Part shown: positions 16,838 to 34,223 of the stretch, piece by piece
Layout: each line of letters opens with the position of its first letter
How positions within the stretch are numbered: position 1 is the stretch's first letter
Assembly (NCBI RefSeq): GCF_009914755.1
Contig: NC_060929.1
Source of the DNA: the human T2T-CHM13v2.0 reference genome, Homo sapiens
Strand: one strand, 5' to 3'
Length of the DNA stretch: 64,000 nt
Position numbers and translations under genes: made by a program
The notes under the pieces: generated by a model
Databases searched by the model: none
Told to the model about the DNA's origin: nothing
Seen by the model: the letters and a program-made list of their open reading frames with translations, nothing else

Positions 16838-17539
<702 letters not shown>

Positions 17540-19594
17540 GCCACTCCTCTCCCAACCCCTGGCAGTGGTGGCACAGTGTGGCAAGTATTTTGATGTTCTT
17601 GGGAGAGGGAGACTGCAGCATTTGTGAGGCATTGAACTCAGTGCTGCCCTATTATAACAGAAAACAAAACTGGACCAAACTCAGCTGATGCCCACCACAG
17701 AGGCAGAATTTAAATCAGACCTAACCTGATCTGATTAGGGGAATTGCTGATCCCAGTGGTCCAAATTTGAGTTCCTGCAAGCCTCACCACTGTGGTCTAA
17801 AGTGTTCTGGGGCCCTAAGTAAACTTGAAAGGCAGTCTAGGCCACAAGGACTGAAACTCCTAGGTGAGTTCTAGTGCTGAATTGGGCTGAGACAGTGGAC
17901 TAAGGGAGCATGTGATCTACTGAGACCCCAACCTGGGCAGCCAAGGGAGTGTTGGCATCACCCCTCCCCTAACCCCAGGCTGCACAGTTTGCACTTCCAA
18001 AAGAGACCACTTCCCTCCACTTGAGGAAAGGAGAGGGAAGAATGGGGAAGAGTTTGTCTTGCATCTTGGATACCAGCTCAGCAGGATAGGGTACCAGTCA
18101 GAGTTGTGAGGTCTCCCTTCCAGACCTTAGTTCCTGGATGACATTTCTAGACACATCCTGGGCTAGAAGGGAACCTGTTGCCTTGAAGAGGAGGACCTAG
18201 TCCTGGAAGGATTTATCACCTGCTAACTGAAGAGCTCTTGGGCCCTGAATTACCAGCAGCAATACCCAGATACTACGTCAAGGGCCTTGGGTGAGCCTCT
18301 GAGACTTGCTGGCTTCAGGCAAGAATGAGCAACACTCCTAGCTATGGTTGCTACAGGGCAAGATCCTTCCACTTGAGAAAAGTGTAGGGAAAAGCAAAGG
18401 GGATTTTGTCTTGCACCTTACATACCAGCTCAGCCACGGGGGAGTAGAACACAAATGAGCTCTTGGAGGTCTTTGATTCCAGGACTTGACTCTTGGATGG
18501 GATTTCTGGAACTGCCCTGGACCAGAGAGGAGCCATTGCCATCAAGGTGAGTCCCAGGCCAGGCAGCATTCACCACAAGCTGACTGAAAGGCACTTGGAC
18601 CTTAAGGGGACATTGGTGGTAGCCTGGCAGTACTCCCTTTGGGCCAGTGTTGGTGGTAATCATTGGGGGAGGCTCCCTTATCTTTGGAAAGGGGAGGGAA
18701 GACTAGAAAGAACTGCATCTTGTGGTTTGAGTGCCAGCTCAGCCACAGTACAGTAAAATACCACCAGGTAGACACCTAAAGTTTTTGACTTTAGTCCCTG
18801 GCTCCCGGATGGGATCTCTGGACCTACCTGGGGCCTGAGGGAATTCGCTGCCTTAAGGAGAGCATAGGCCTGTCTGGCTTTGCCATCTGCTGATTGTAGA
18901 GCCCCAGGACCTTGAGCTCCAGGGCCTTGAACATAGGCCATAGGCAGGGAGTGGTTGCAGCAGGCCTTGGGTGAGACCTAGCTGTCTTTAGGTCTGACCC
19001 AGTGAAGTACTAGTGGTGGTGGCTACAGGGGTGTTGTGTCACATCACCCCCAGCTGCAGGTGGCTCGGAGCAAAAAGAAAGATATTCTATTCATTTGGAA
19101 GAAAGCAAGAGAACAGAATAAGAGTCTCTGTTTGGTAATCCAGATAATTCTTCTGGATCTTATCCAAGACCATCAAGGCAGTACCTCTATGAGTCTGCAA
19201 GAACCACTGTGTTACTGGGCTTGGGGTGTCCCCTAAAGCAGATACAGCTTAGATCACAACACTCAAGTCCTTTAGAATACCTGGAGAGCCTTCCCAAGAA
19301 GGACAGGTACAAACAAGCCCAGACTGCAAAGACTACAATAAATACCTAACTCTTCAATGCCAAGACACTGAAGAACATCTACCAGCATCAATACCATCCA
19401 GGAAAATATGACCCCCTCACCAAGTGAATTAAATAAGTTACCAGGGAGCAATCCTGGAGAAACAGAGATATGTGACCTTTCAGGCAGAGAATTCAAAATA
19501 GCTGTATTGAGGAAACTCAAACAAATTCAAGATAACACAGAGAAGGAATTAATTTAGAATGTTATCAGATAAACTTAACAAAGACATTGAACTA

Positions 19595-19963
<369 letters not shown>

Positions 19964-21700
19964 TCAGAGTATCTTAACAGCAGAACTGATCAAGCAGAAG
20001 AAGGAATTAGTGAGCTTGAAGACAGGCTATTTGAAAATACACAGTCAGAGGAGATGAAAGAAAAAAGAATAAAAAAAAGAAGCGTGGCTACAGGATCTAA
20101 AAAATAGCCTCAAAAGGGCAAATCTAAGAGTTACTGACTTTAAAGAGGAGGTAGATAAAGAGATAGGGGTAGAAAGTTTATTTAAAACTATAATAACAGA
20201 GAACCTTCCAAACCTAGAGAAAAATATCAATATCCAAGTACAAGAAGGTTATAGAACACCAAACAGATTTAACACAAGGAAGACTACCTTCATTTAAAAA
20301 TGAAACCCCCAAAGGTCAAGGATAAAGAAAGGATTCTAAAAGCAGCACGGGAAAAGAAACAAATAACATAAAATCAAACTCCAATATGTCTGATGGCAGA
20401 CTTTTCAGTGGAAACCTTACAGGCCAGGAGAGAGTGGCATGACACATTCAAAGTGCTGAAGGAAAAAAACCTGTTATCCTAGAATATTATATCTGGGGAA
20501 AATATCCTTCAAACATGAAGGAGAAATAAAGACTTTCTCAGATAAACAAAAGCTGAGAGATTTGATCAACACCAGACCTGTCCTAAAAGAAATGCTAAAT
20601 GGAGTACTTCAATCAGAAAGAAAGACATGCTAATGATCAATAAGAAATTCTCTGAAGGTACTAAACTCACTGGTAATTGTGACTACACAGAAAAACACAA
20701 AATATTATAACACTGTAATTGTGGTGTATAAACTACACTTAGGTAGAAAGACTGAACAATGAACCAACCAAAAATAACTACAGCGATTGTTCATAAGATG
20801 TAAATACAAACAACAAAAAAAAAGGTGGGATAATGAAGTTAAGGCATCAGTCTTTATTAGTTTTCTTTTTTGCTTGCTTGTTTGTTTATGCAAACAGTGT
20901 TAAGTCGTTAGCTTAAAACAATTGTTTATAAGATAGTATTTGCAAGCCTCTTGGTAACCTTAAGCCAAAAAACATACAATGGAGACACAAAAAATAAAAA
21001 GCAGGAAACTAAATCATATCACCAGAGAAAATCACCTTCACTAAAAGGAAGACAGAAAGGAAAGAAAAAAGGAAGAGAAGACTGCAAAACAACCAGAAGA
21101 CAAATAACAAAATGGCAGGAGTAAGTCCTTACTTATCAATAATAACATTGAATGTAAATGGACTAAACTCAACGATTAAAGGACATAGAATAGCTGAATT
21201 GATAAAAAAAAAAAAAGACCCAGTGATCTCTTGCCTACAAGAAACACACTTTACCTATAAAGACACAAATAGCCTGAAATAAAGGAATGTAAAAAGATAT
21301 TCCATGCCAATGGAAATCAAAAAAGAGAAAGAGTAGCTATACTTATATCAGATAAAATAGATTTTAAGGCAAAATTAGAAGAAGAGACAAAGAAGGTCAC
21401 TATATAATGATAAAGAGGTCAATTTAGCAAGAGGATATAACAATTTTAAATCTATATGCACTGAATGCTGGAGCACCCAGATATATAAAGCAAATATTAT
21501 TAGAGCTAAAGACAGAGATAGGCCCCATTACAGTAATAGCTGGAGACTTCAACTCCCCACTTTCAGTATTGGATACATCTCCCAGACAGAAAATCAACAA
21601 ACAAACATTGGACTTAATCTGCACTACAGACCACATGGATCTAATAGTTATTTACAGAATATTTCATCCAATGGCTGCAGAATACACTTTCTTTTCCTAA

Positions 21701-22399
<699 letters not shown>

Positions 22400-25156
22400 T
22401 AATTTTAAGCATTTTCTCTGACCACAATGGAAGAAAACTAGAAATTAACAAGAGGAGTTTTGAAAACTATACAAACACATGGAAATTAAACAATATGCTC
22501 CTAATGACCAGTGGGTCAAGTAATAAATTAAGAAGGAAATTGGAAAATGTCTTGAAACAAATGATAATGGAAACACAACAGGCCAATATTTATAGGATGT
22601 ATAGCACGGCAGAAGCAGTGCTAAGAAGGTACTAAGGGGGCCGTTTATAGCTATTTAAGTACCTACATCAAAAAAGAAGAAAAACTTCAAATAAACAATC
22701 TAACAATGCACCTTAAAGAACTAAAAAGCAAGAACAAACAAAACTCCAAATTAGTAGAAGAAAAGAAGTAATAAAGAATAGAGCAGAGATAAATGAAATT
22801 GAAATGAAGAAAATACAAAAGATCAATGCAACAGTTGGTTTTTTGAAAAGTTAAACAAAACTGACAAATTTTAGCCCAACTAACTAAGAAAAAAAAGAGA
22901 GAAGATCCAAATAAATAAAGTCAGAGATGAAAAAGGAGACATTACAACCAATAGTGCAGAAATTCAAAGGATGGTTATTGGCTACCATGAGCAACTATAT
23001 GCCAATAAATTGGAAAATCTAGAAGAAATGGACAAATTTCTAGACACATACGACCTACCAAGATTGAACCATGAAGAAATCCAAAAGCTGGACAGACCAA
23101 TAACAAGTAACAAGATTGAAGCTGTAAAAAAAAGTCTCCCAGTAAAGAAAAGCCTGGAACCTGATGGCTTCACTGCTGAGTTTCACCAAACATTTAGATA
23201 AAAAATAATACTAATCCTACTCAAACTATTCTGAAAATCAGAGGAGGAAGGAACACTTCCAAACTCGTTCTACAAGGCCAGTGTTACCCTGATACCAAAC
23301 CCAGACAAAGACATAAAAACAACAACAACAACAACAAAACTACAGGCTGATATCTTTGATGAATATTGATATAAAGATCCTCAACAAAGTACTAGAAAAC
23401 TGAATTTAATAATACATTTAAAAGATCATTTATTATGACCAAGTGGGGTTTATCTCTGGAATGCAAGAATGGTTAAACATACACACATCAATCAATGCAA
23501 TACATCATATCAACAGAATAAAGAACAAAAGCATATGACCATTTCAATAGATGCTAAAAAAAAGCATTTGATAAAATTCAACATCCTTTTAAATCCTCAA
23601 AATTTAAATCCTCAAAAAACTGAGTATAGACTAAACATATCTTAACATAATAAAAGCCATATATGACAGACCCACAGTTAGTATCATACTGAATGGGAAA
23701 AAACTGAAAGCCTTTCCTTTAAGATCTGGAACATGACAAGGATGCCCATTTTCACCACTGTTATTCAACAGTACTGGAAGTCCTAGCTAGAGAAATCAGA
23801 AAGGGGAAAGAAATAAAGTATATCCAAATTAGAAAAGAAGAAGTCAAATTATTCTGGTTTGCAGATGATATGATCTTATATTTGGGGAAACCTAAACACT
23901 ACTAAAAAATGAATTCAGTAAAGTTGCAGGATACAAAATCAACATACAAAAATCAGTAGCATTAAAAAAGAAGTAGTCTCATTTACAGTAGCCATAAATA
24001 AAATTCTATACCTAGAAATTAATCAAAGAAGTGAAAGAGCACTATAATGAAAACTATAAAACACTACTACTAATAAAAGAAATTGAAGAATACATGAAGA
24101 AAGGAAAAGCTATTCCACGTTCATGGATTGGAAGAATCAACATTGTTAAAATGTTCATATTATCCATAGAAATCTACAGATTCAATGCAATTCTTATAAA
24201 AATACTGATGACATTCTTCACAGAAATAAAAAAAAATCCTAAAGTTTATATGGATCAACAAAAGCCCCAGAATAGCCAAAGCTATCCTAAGCAAAAAGAA
24301 CAAAATTGGAGGAATCACATTACCTAACATCAAATTATATTACAGAGCTATACTCACCAAAACAGCACAGTACTGGCATAAAAGCATAGACCAATGGAAC
24401 AGAATAGGGAACCCAGAAACAAATACACACAGCTTCAGTGAACTAATTTTCAACAAAGGTGCTAATAACACATGCTGGGGAAAAGACAGTCTCTTCAATA
24501 CATAGTGTTGGGAAAACTGGATATCCATATGCAGAAGAATGAAACTAGTCCTCTATCACCATATACAAAAATCAAATCCAAATAGATTAAAGACCTAAAT
24601 CTAAAACCTCATACTGTGAAACTATTACAAAAAAAATTGTGGAAACTCTCCAAAAATTTCTTGAGCAATATCTCACAAGCACAGGCAATCAAACCAAAAA
24701 TGGACAAATGGGATCACAACAAATTAAAAGGCTTCTGCACACTAAAGGTAACAATCAACAAAGTGAAGAAACAACCCACAGAATGGGAGAAAATGTTTGC
24801 AAACTACCCATCTGACAAGGGATTAATAACCAGAATATATAAGGAGTTCAAACAATTCTATAGAAAAAAATCTAATAATCTGATTTAAAAATGGGCAAAA
24901 GGTCTGAATTTCTCAAAAGATATACAAATGGCAAACAGGCATATGAAAAGGTCTTCAACATCACTGATCATCAGAGAAATGCAAATCAAAACTATAATAT
25001 CATCTCATCCCAATTAAAATGGTTTATATCCAAAAGACAGGCAATAACAAACGCTGGCAAGGATGTGGAGAAAAGGGAACCCCTGTAAACTGTTGGTGAG
25101 AATGTAAATTAGTACAATCACTATGGAGAAGAGTTCAGAGGTTCCTCAAAAAACTA

Positions 25157-25556
<400 letters not shown>

Positions 25557-27087
25557 TCAAAGAGACATCTGCACTCCCATGATTGTTGCAGCACAATAGC
25601 CAAAATTTGGAAGCAACCTAAGTGTCCATCATCAGATGAATAAAGAAAATGTGGTAGTGCTTACATACAATGAAGTACTATGCAGCCACAAAAAAGAATG
25701 AGAGTCTGTCATTTGCAACAACATGGATGGGACTGGGGGTCATTATGCTAAGTAAAGTAAACCAGGCACAGAAAGACAAACATCACATGTTCTCACTTAT
25801 TTGTGGCATCTAAAAATCAAAACAATTGAACTCATGGAGCTAGAGAGCAGAAGGATGGTTACCAGGGGCTGGGAAGGGTAGTGGGATGGGGGAGGGGAGT
25901 GGGATGGTTAATGGGTATTAAAAAACAGAGAGAATGAATAAAACCTAGTGTTTTTTAAATAGAGAGACTAAAAAGATAATCCACTCTTCCCTCTTTAATT
26001 ATTGATCGTTAAGAAAAGTTTCAGTTTAATGAGTTGTAAACTTTCAGAATTGTTAACTTTGAGAAACCCTCTATCAAGTGTGTTTTACATATAAGTGAGC
26101 TGTTAGGTCTTAGGCATTTCAAGTTTTCTTGTTCAGTAAGTAATATTAAATAATCTTTGAAATGATGACACTTATTAACCAGTTTATTGCCACAGTTCTT
26201 GTAGGAAAATGTTATAAATTATGTATTTTCTTTAAGTAGGTATTTCATTTAAAAAGTCAGCAATAAATTAACAAGAAATGTATACATGGGATCGGGCAGA
26301 GGAGGAGCCTATGCAGAGGGTGGGCTGGCAAAAGCAGGGGGTGCAGAGGGCCTGAGAAGAGTGAACCTGCAGGGCAGCAGGTGGGTAATGAGACCAAAAA
26401 AGTATATTGGAGCCAGGTGCTATTTGTGCTGAAGAGAGATCATATTTTAAGTTAAAGAACCCAAAGGCCTGAGACGGATTCCTAACCAGTTGAAGAATAT
26501 CACGGAAATATTAAAGTCATTAACAGCAGAGTTGGAAAAACTCTGGTCTGAATCCTGACCCTGTCACTATGGCAGCAAGAGTAACTTGCTAGCAGTAACT
26601 TTCGTATATACATAACTGGCAGTGAATAACATGAATATGTCCCATTAAACCCAAACTAACATAACTATGTCCCACTAAAACCTAAACCCAAACTAAATGT
26701 GTCCCTGATTCAACTTCTCCTTCACCAGGTTTCAAAAGTGCCTGTGGCTGTTTCATGTGCCAAGCATTCATTGTTTCATTTAAATAGATAACTCTCCAGT
26801 CCCTTATGTTATGCTGTGTTTGTTGATCTCTCTCCCAAGAGACAGAGAGCTCGCAGATGTCAGGGACTAGAAACTCTTCATCTTTACACTTCCAGCACTT
26901 GGTATAGTGCCTGCACATAGTGGGTACTAACGCTCTATTTGTATATTAAGGGAGTCCACTCCATGCAAGCATTATGGCGTGTTTGGTTTGATGTGAGGAT
27001 ATCTGTATGGGCCTCAACGCTGGCCTAACTATACTTCTGGTGAAGTCGGTATTCTCTAGCCTGACCCAGAATGAGGAAACCCTCTAG

Positions 27088-27272
27088 AGCAAGGGTTGTC
27101 AAACTTTTTCTATAAAGGGCCAAATAATAAATATTTCTGGCTTTGTGGGCCGTTTGATCTCTGTTGCAGTGAGTCGACTCTACCTTTGTAGTGAGAAAGC
27201 AGCCATAGGCAATATATAAACAAGTAGGTATGGACACGCTCGAATAAAACTTTATTTACAAAAACAAGTGGT
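27088..27272. mobile_element. MER58A-like, truncated
   Basis: GGGTTGTCAAACTTTTTCTATAAAGGGCC...AATAAAACTTTATTTACAAAAACA. Confidence 0.8.
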
Positions 27273-27276
27273 CCCC

Positions 27277-27508
27277 CTTGCTGTGGATCACCAGGCTGGT
27301 AACTGGTTCATGTTATGAACCAGCCAGTTGGCTCAGCCTCCAAAGTAGCTGGGATTACAGGGATCCACCACAACGCCTGGCTAATTTTGTATTTTAGTAG
27401 AGATGGGGTTTCACCATGTTGGCCAAACTGGTCTTGAACTCCTGACCTCAAGGTGATCCTCGGCCTTCCAATGCCAGGATTACAGGCATGAACCACCATG
27501 CACAGCCA
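27277..27508 (-). mobile_element. Rearranged partial Alu
   Basis: Alu sequence from CTCAGCCTCCAAAGTAGC to ACAGCC; right-arm end disrupted and no tail. Confidence 0.85.
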
Positions 27509-27860
27509 TAATACGAACTTTCTTTCCAGGGTCAGAACAAAGAGCCAGAGGTACTATTCATTCGGGTATACATTTGTCTCTACATGACCTGCATAATCTT
27601 GAAATTTTCTGCAGAACATTGTACTTTTAGAATATGCTTATATCTTACCAACTATGCATTCAATTTTTTTTTCTGTCAAACTTAAATTCATTCTGCTTTT
27701 AACTGAAACGTGATCTTTCTTATTCTACTCATGGAAAGGAGTCCAGTAGCCTGGGAGCCTGGGTACTACTTTATCAAATAGTTACTTCTTTTATGCTTTC
27801 AGGTAGTTAGTTCTCTGTTTTGTATAGTTTTCTAGCATATCAATGTCTTTAAAAACAACT

Positions 27861-28532
<672 letters not shown>

Positions 28533-28942
28533 TTAGGCTACAAATGATAAAAAACAAGCTGAAATTGTCTTCACATTCAGATGGATCAAATTCTAAAATA
28601 ACATGTAGGGGAGGGACTTGTTTCTGCCTTTTCTCAGCTCTGTCCCTTTCTGTATCACTCTGTTCTCAGACAGATTGTCCACTCATGGTGGCCCCAGGCA
28701 GCCCCAAGCTTACATTTTTGCCAGTAAAGCCCAGTGAAAAATAGAAATTCTGTTTTCCAGTTAGTTCCAATACAAGTTTTGAGTCTGACTTTCATGGGTC
28801 AATACTGAAGATCTTCCAATCACAGAGGCCTGAGATGGTGTATATGCTGATCACCAGAGCCTGGGCCATTTGCCCTAGGCTGACTTTTCTTTAGGTCCCA
28901 TCCAAGCTACAGAGATGGGAGTAGGCAGTGGTGTTTCCTCCC

Positions 28943-29430
28943 ATGTTAGTTTCTTATTGCTGCTGTAACTATTTACCACAAACTGAGTGGCTTAAAACAA
29001 CACAGATTTGTTAATCTTACAGTTCTGGAGGTCGGAAATCTGAAATGGGTTCTACTGGACAAAAATCAAGGTGTTGGCAGGGCTGTGTTCTTTCAGGAGG
29101 CTCTCAGGACAGTCTGTTTCTTTGCCTTCTGTGGCTTCTAGAGGCCACTTGCATTTCTTGGCTCATGGCTTTCTTCTCCCTGGGAAGCCAGCAGTCGCTT
29201 TGCTCCAATCTTTGCTTCTGTCCTCACCTCTCCTCCCCCTGACTCTCCTCCTCCTCTTTCACTTATTAGGATCTTTGTGATTACATTGAGCTCACCTGGA
29301 TAATCTCCCTATTCCAATACCCTTAACTTAATCACATCTGAAAAGTCCTTTTGTCATGTAAGGTGGCATATTCAGATTCCGGCCATTTGGAAGTGGGCAT
29401 CTTTGGGGGGTCATGATTCTGCCTTCCACA
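28943..29430 (-). mobile_element. MLT1C/D-like MaLR solo LTR
   Basis: TTGCTGCTGTAAC...ACCACAAACT...GGCTTAAAACAACACAG...CAGTTCTGGAGGTC. Confidence 0.85.
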
Positions 29431-29914
29431 TCCCTTAAATCAGGGAGCTGTTACTAGGTGAAGGGGGATCAGATTCTAGGCAGGTGAACCTGCAGGCTAG
29501 TTCCCAATTCAATTATTTAGGTAGCTGCATGATTTAGGTAAATAACTTAATCTTTTTAGGTCTTAGCTTTCCCACTTGCAAAACAAGGAAGTTGTAATGG
29601 GCAATCTTGCTTAGACTCCCTTCCAAATCTCAAATTTGGTAATAGATGGGTAGCATCCAAAGCTGGTGAGTGGGTGGTAGAATGAGGACTTTGTGCACTG
29701 TTGGTGGGAATATGCATCTTTTGGGAATATAGCCTCATTATCTAATAAAATCATAAATTTGAACACTTTGATCCAGCACCCCCAGAAAAAAGTGCCAGAA
29801 TATAAAGATAAGTAGTTCTATTTTTTCTTTTTGCTATTTCATATGAGTATATATTTCTATATATACATCTGAATCTTTGCAGCCATATTATGTATATATG
29901 ACACATGTATGTCA

Positions 29915-30208
<294 letters not shown>

Positions 30209-30304
30209 TCATATACATGTATCATGGTAGCAAAAAAATCACTTGTTTCTTCAGTTGTTTCTACAATGGAAAGTTTCAAAAATAAGGAAATTTAGAATAA
30301 ATTA

Positions 30305-30640
<336 letters not shown>

Positions 30641-30760
30641 TTACTTGAAGAGAAATCTTTGAAATTTTATTAGGTAAAAAAAGAAAATTATAGAATATTA
30701 TGTATAGTCTGATCCTATTTTAGAAAATTAAAAAACAAGAGAAAAAAGTATATGTGCATA

Positions 30761-31445
30761 TGTTAGGGTAGGTAGCTAGGCAGACATGAGCAGGGCAGGA
30801 GAGCCCCCCAAAAGGAACGTCAGGCGACCATCAGATGATGGCCAGGTGGTTGTTAAACTGTCTTTCTACAATAATAATTGATCACAGCGGTGCCAGGGGA
30901 AGGCAGTCTCCAACAGATAGAAAATACCTGAAGCTAGTGATCAGCAGCTTCCTAATAAGATCTTGGGATTTGGAAGAGTGGGCTCAAGCATGTGCACTAA
31001 GAGGCAAAATGGCAGAGTTTAACTGGTATATGACCTTCCTCTAGGAACAATTGACTGGTAAGGGAAAAATGCCTCAAATGAACATGTGTACAACTTCAGT
31101 AAGTGCACTGCACATGCAGCCCCTCCCAAATGCTGGCAGGCCATTGCACAGGCAGACAGCCCAGCCCAAGGAAAAATCAAAGGAGGAGAGACACAAAACC
31201 CCAGAAGCATGACAATATATAAAACCCCATGTCAAAGGTCAAACGGGGCACTTGGATCTTTCAAGATGCCCATTTGGCCCTCTTCCAAGTGTATTTTACT
31301 TCCTTTCATTCCTGCTCTAAAACTTTTATAATAGACTCTCACTCCTGCTCAAAAAACTTGCCTTATGCTCCTTGGATGTATTCTTTGCTCTGAGGAGGCA
31401 AGAATTGAGTTGCTGCAGACCCATATGGGTTCACTGCTGCTAACA
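30761..31445 (+). mobile_element. MER50-like ERV1 solo LTR
   Basis: TGTTAGGGTAGGTAGCTAGGCAGACATGAGCAGGGCAGG start and TAACA end; TATATAAAA at about 31216; near-TSD CATA/CATC. Confidence 0.85.
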
Positions 31446-32078
31446 CATCTGTGTTTGTGTATCTTTGTGTGAGCATAGAGAAAGTTATGAAAGCCTCTTA
31501 AAAGTGATTACTTTTGGGAAGGTGTGATTGGATGAGGGTGGAGAGGTTGTTACCTTTTTAAATTACTCAAGTAATTAACAAAGACATTACATTTGAAAAC
31601 AAAACTTTAGAGCCAAGGCCGGCCCTATTAAATACCACTCCTGGCCCTCTTCCCGCGTTATATGTGGTTTTCCTGAGATTTTCTGTGTATTTGCATGGTT
31701 ATATATGTACTTGGGGAGAATTCAGAATTTTTTAAAATACATGCTACCACGTTGTACGGATCTTTCTATAATATACCTTTTCACTCCACAGTGGTTCTTT
31801 TTTTTGTTATGTGTCCATGTTAGTAAATGTAAACTCTCTAATCCCTTTTTAATTGCTGCATAGGATGCCTTAGCAAATAACCATCTATTTAGCCATTCCT
31901 CTACTGACGGGCAGTTAAGACTCTTTCTATTTTTTAGCTATTAGAAACAGTGCCACAGGGGCCACTCGTGTACAAGCCTCCTTGAACGCATGTTTATGTT
32001 TCTCTAGGAGAGACACCACTAGTAAAATTGCTGGGTAATAGTGTATGACATTTGAAAAATATTTTTAAAGTAGATTCA

Positions 32079-32223
32079 GGCCCAGTGTGGTGTCTCTCGC
32101 CTGTAATCCCGGCACTTTAGGAGGGCGAGGCAGGAGGATTGCTAAGGCCAGGAGTTTGTGATGAGCCTGGGCAACATAGTGAGAGTTCACTTCTACAAAA
32201 AACTTAAAAAAAAAAAAAAAAAA
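32079..32223 (+). mobile_element. FLAM / Alu left monomer within an old L1 fragment
   Basis: Single monomer with A tail. Confidence 0.85.
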
Positions 32224-32571
32224 AGAGACTACAGTATATTCTGTAGAATTGCCTTTAAAAGAGGCCATGACAATTTACATTTTATAATCTGAAGGATATT
32301 TAAAAAATTATTGTCTAATTTAAAACAGGCATGTCTTAATTAATAAAAAACAAAGAAAATCCATAAAATTGTTCTTGAATTCCCTTTGTTCTCCAAATGT
32401 GAAGAGATACATGGATTTTCACCTTTCCTGGCTTCCTCCAGGGAGTCCTCCCAGGTGAGCAGGAGATGGAGAAGGTAGCTTCGGACAGCAAAGATTAATG
32501 AGAGTCTTCAGAGAGCTTGTTTCTGTCCCCTGGAACTTACCTGATAAGCAAGAAAAAGTTACAAATTTACT

Positions 32572-32803
32572 ACATATTGAGTATGCCTAGTCTCAAAATC
32601 TGAAATCCAAAAGGCCCAAAATCTAAAACTTTTTGAATGCTGGCCAGCATAAAATAAATGCTCCTTGGGGCATTTCAGATTTTCCTACTGGGGATGCTTA
32701 GCTAGTGTAATGTAAGAATTCCAAAACCCAAAACGTTTTGAAATGCCAAATACTTCTGGTCCCAAGCAGTCCCAAGAATTTCGACTAAAGGATGCTCAAC
32801 CTG
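32572..32803. mobile_element. Tigger4/MER46-like DNA transposon
   Basis: Inverted termini TTGAGTAT / ATGCTCAACCTG followed by TA. Confidence 0.78.
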
Positions 32804-33810
32804 TATTTGGTGTTTTATTTATAGTTCCAGCATGAGAGAAAGGCATCTCTGAGTTTCAGAAAAGATTTTGGTTGAGCATATGAAAATATTGGCTGAAGAA
32901 AGAAAAGGCCTTTAGAATTTACAGAAACATGAAGTGGAAATGGCTCTTCCTCTGACTTAGGCAGTGAATGTAGAACACACCCGGAGAGCTTAATGGGATC
33001 TTTCACAGAAATGAAACTCCTCAACAAATGTTTGTCAGCTTAGGTGAGGTTCTTGGCTAAGGCACCAGTAGTGGACTTTGATATTCTTTTACAAGTGTAT
33101 CACTCACCAGCAGAGGGGGCCAAAGAGCTTTCCACGGTTTGGAAACTCCCTGGCGTCAGAGAAAGCATCGGTATCACCTTTGCCTAATAGTGCAGCATAT
33201 AAAAAATGTTTAAATTTGGTGTCCAACAAGAAATGCCATAGCAGTCATTTTCTTAAATAAGTAATTTTAACGTATATATGGAATGACATATGCACATTGT
33301 TAAAATGCAAATACAAAGAATACAAGAAGGCTTTTTGTATATAAAAACATAAAATGTTTTAAAAGACAGCGCTGGGGCTAAGACTCAGAACTATGTGTTT
33401 TAGACACTGCTCCCCCAGTAACCAGTTTGGAAACCTCCGGGATAGCTAATGGCTTCCCTCAGGTAGGGAGTTGCCCTCTCCTTAAAAAGTCCCTGCTGGA
33501 GGGACAGAAAGGGTGACTTTTGTGGTTCTGGCTTTGTCCTATGGCCCTTTGGATTCCTTCCCACCTTACTGATCATGGTAGTGGAGTGGGTGGTGGCTGG
33601 AGGAGAGGCAAAAAGAGCATGTTTCTGTTCTAAACAACTGTCATACAGGGGCTCTGTGTTGATAAAAACACCCATGCTTTTAATTTCACATAATTTGTGG
33701 TTTAATTTGGCTATTGCAGTGACAGTCAAGAGATGATTCTCTTTGGAGAGGCTGAGAAGAAAAGGAAAGAGACTAATCAGGGTGTGTTAAACTTTTTTAA
33801 TAAAAAACGA

Positions 33811-33825
33811 ACACTAGGGGGCAGC
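33811..33825 (+). promoter_or_regulatory. Candidate CTCF site
   Basis: ACACTAGGGGGCAGC matches the CCACYAGRKGGCRSY core except at position 1; lies in unique, CpG-retaining sequence. Confidence 0.55.
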
Positions 33826-34223
33826 AAACCACTGTTCGGAGGAGCGTCTGCACAAAATTTAGTAAGGCCGAAAGATTGTTTTCCTGAACACGTGATGTGT
33901 TTGTTAAACATCCTCTAAAAAGGGATGTCTGCTGTCAGGCTGCTTTTACCTGAATGGTAGTTTCAATCTTTACGCGGTCTTTACTTTTCAGTTTCCTCCA
34001 CACGTTCCGATACCTGCCATCTTCTCATGGAGCACATTCACATGTCACAATCAGTGTTTCCGCACTCTGGGCTTCTTAAAGGGAGCCCTCCTAGTGCCTC
34101 CCACAAAGACCGCTAACATTAATCTCCAAAACCACGCACCTCGTCGGGGAACAGGCGGCCTGAACAGCTCACTTCCTGTATCTTGAGGGATGAGGAGCTG
34201 GAGGTCTCCACCCGCTGGGTCTC

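Noticed and set aside
18050-18760. Repeated CCAGCTCAGC blocks spaced a few hundred bp apart
   Set aside because: Consistent with the internal repeats of the L1M 5'UTR, not an independent array
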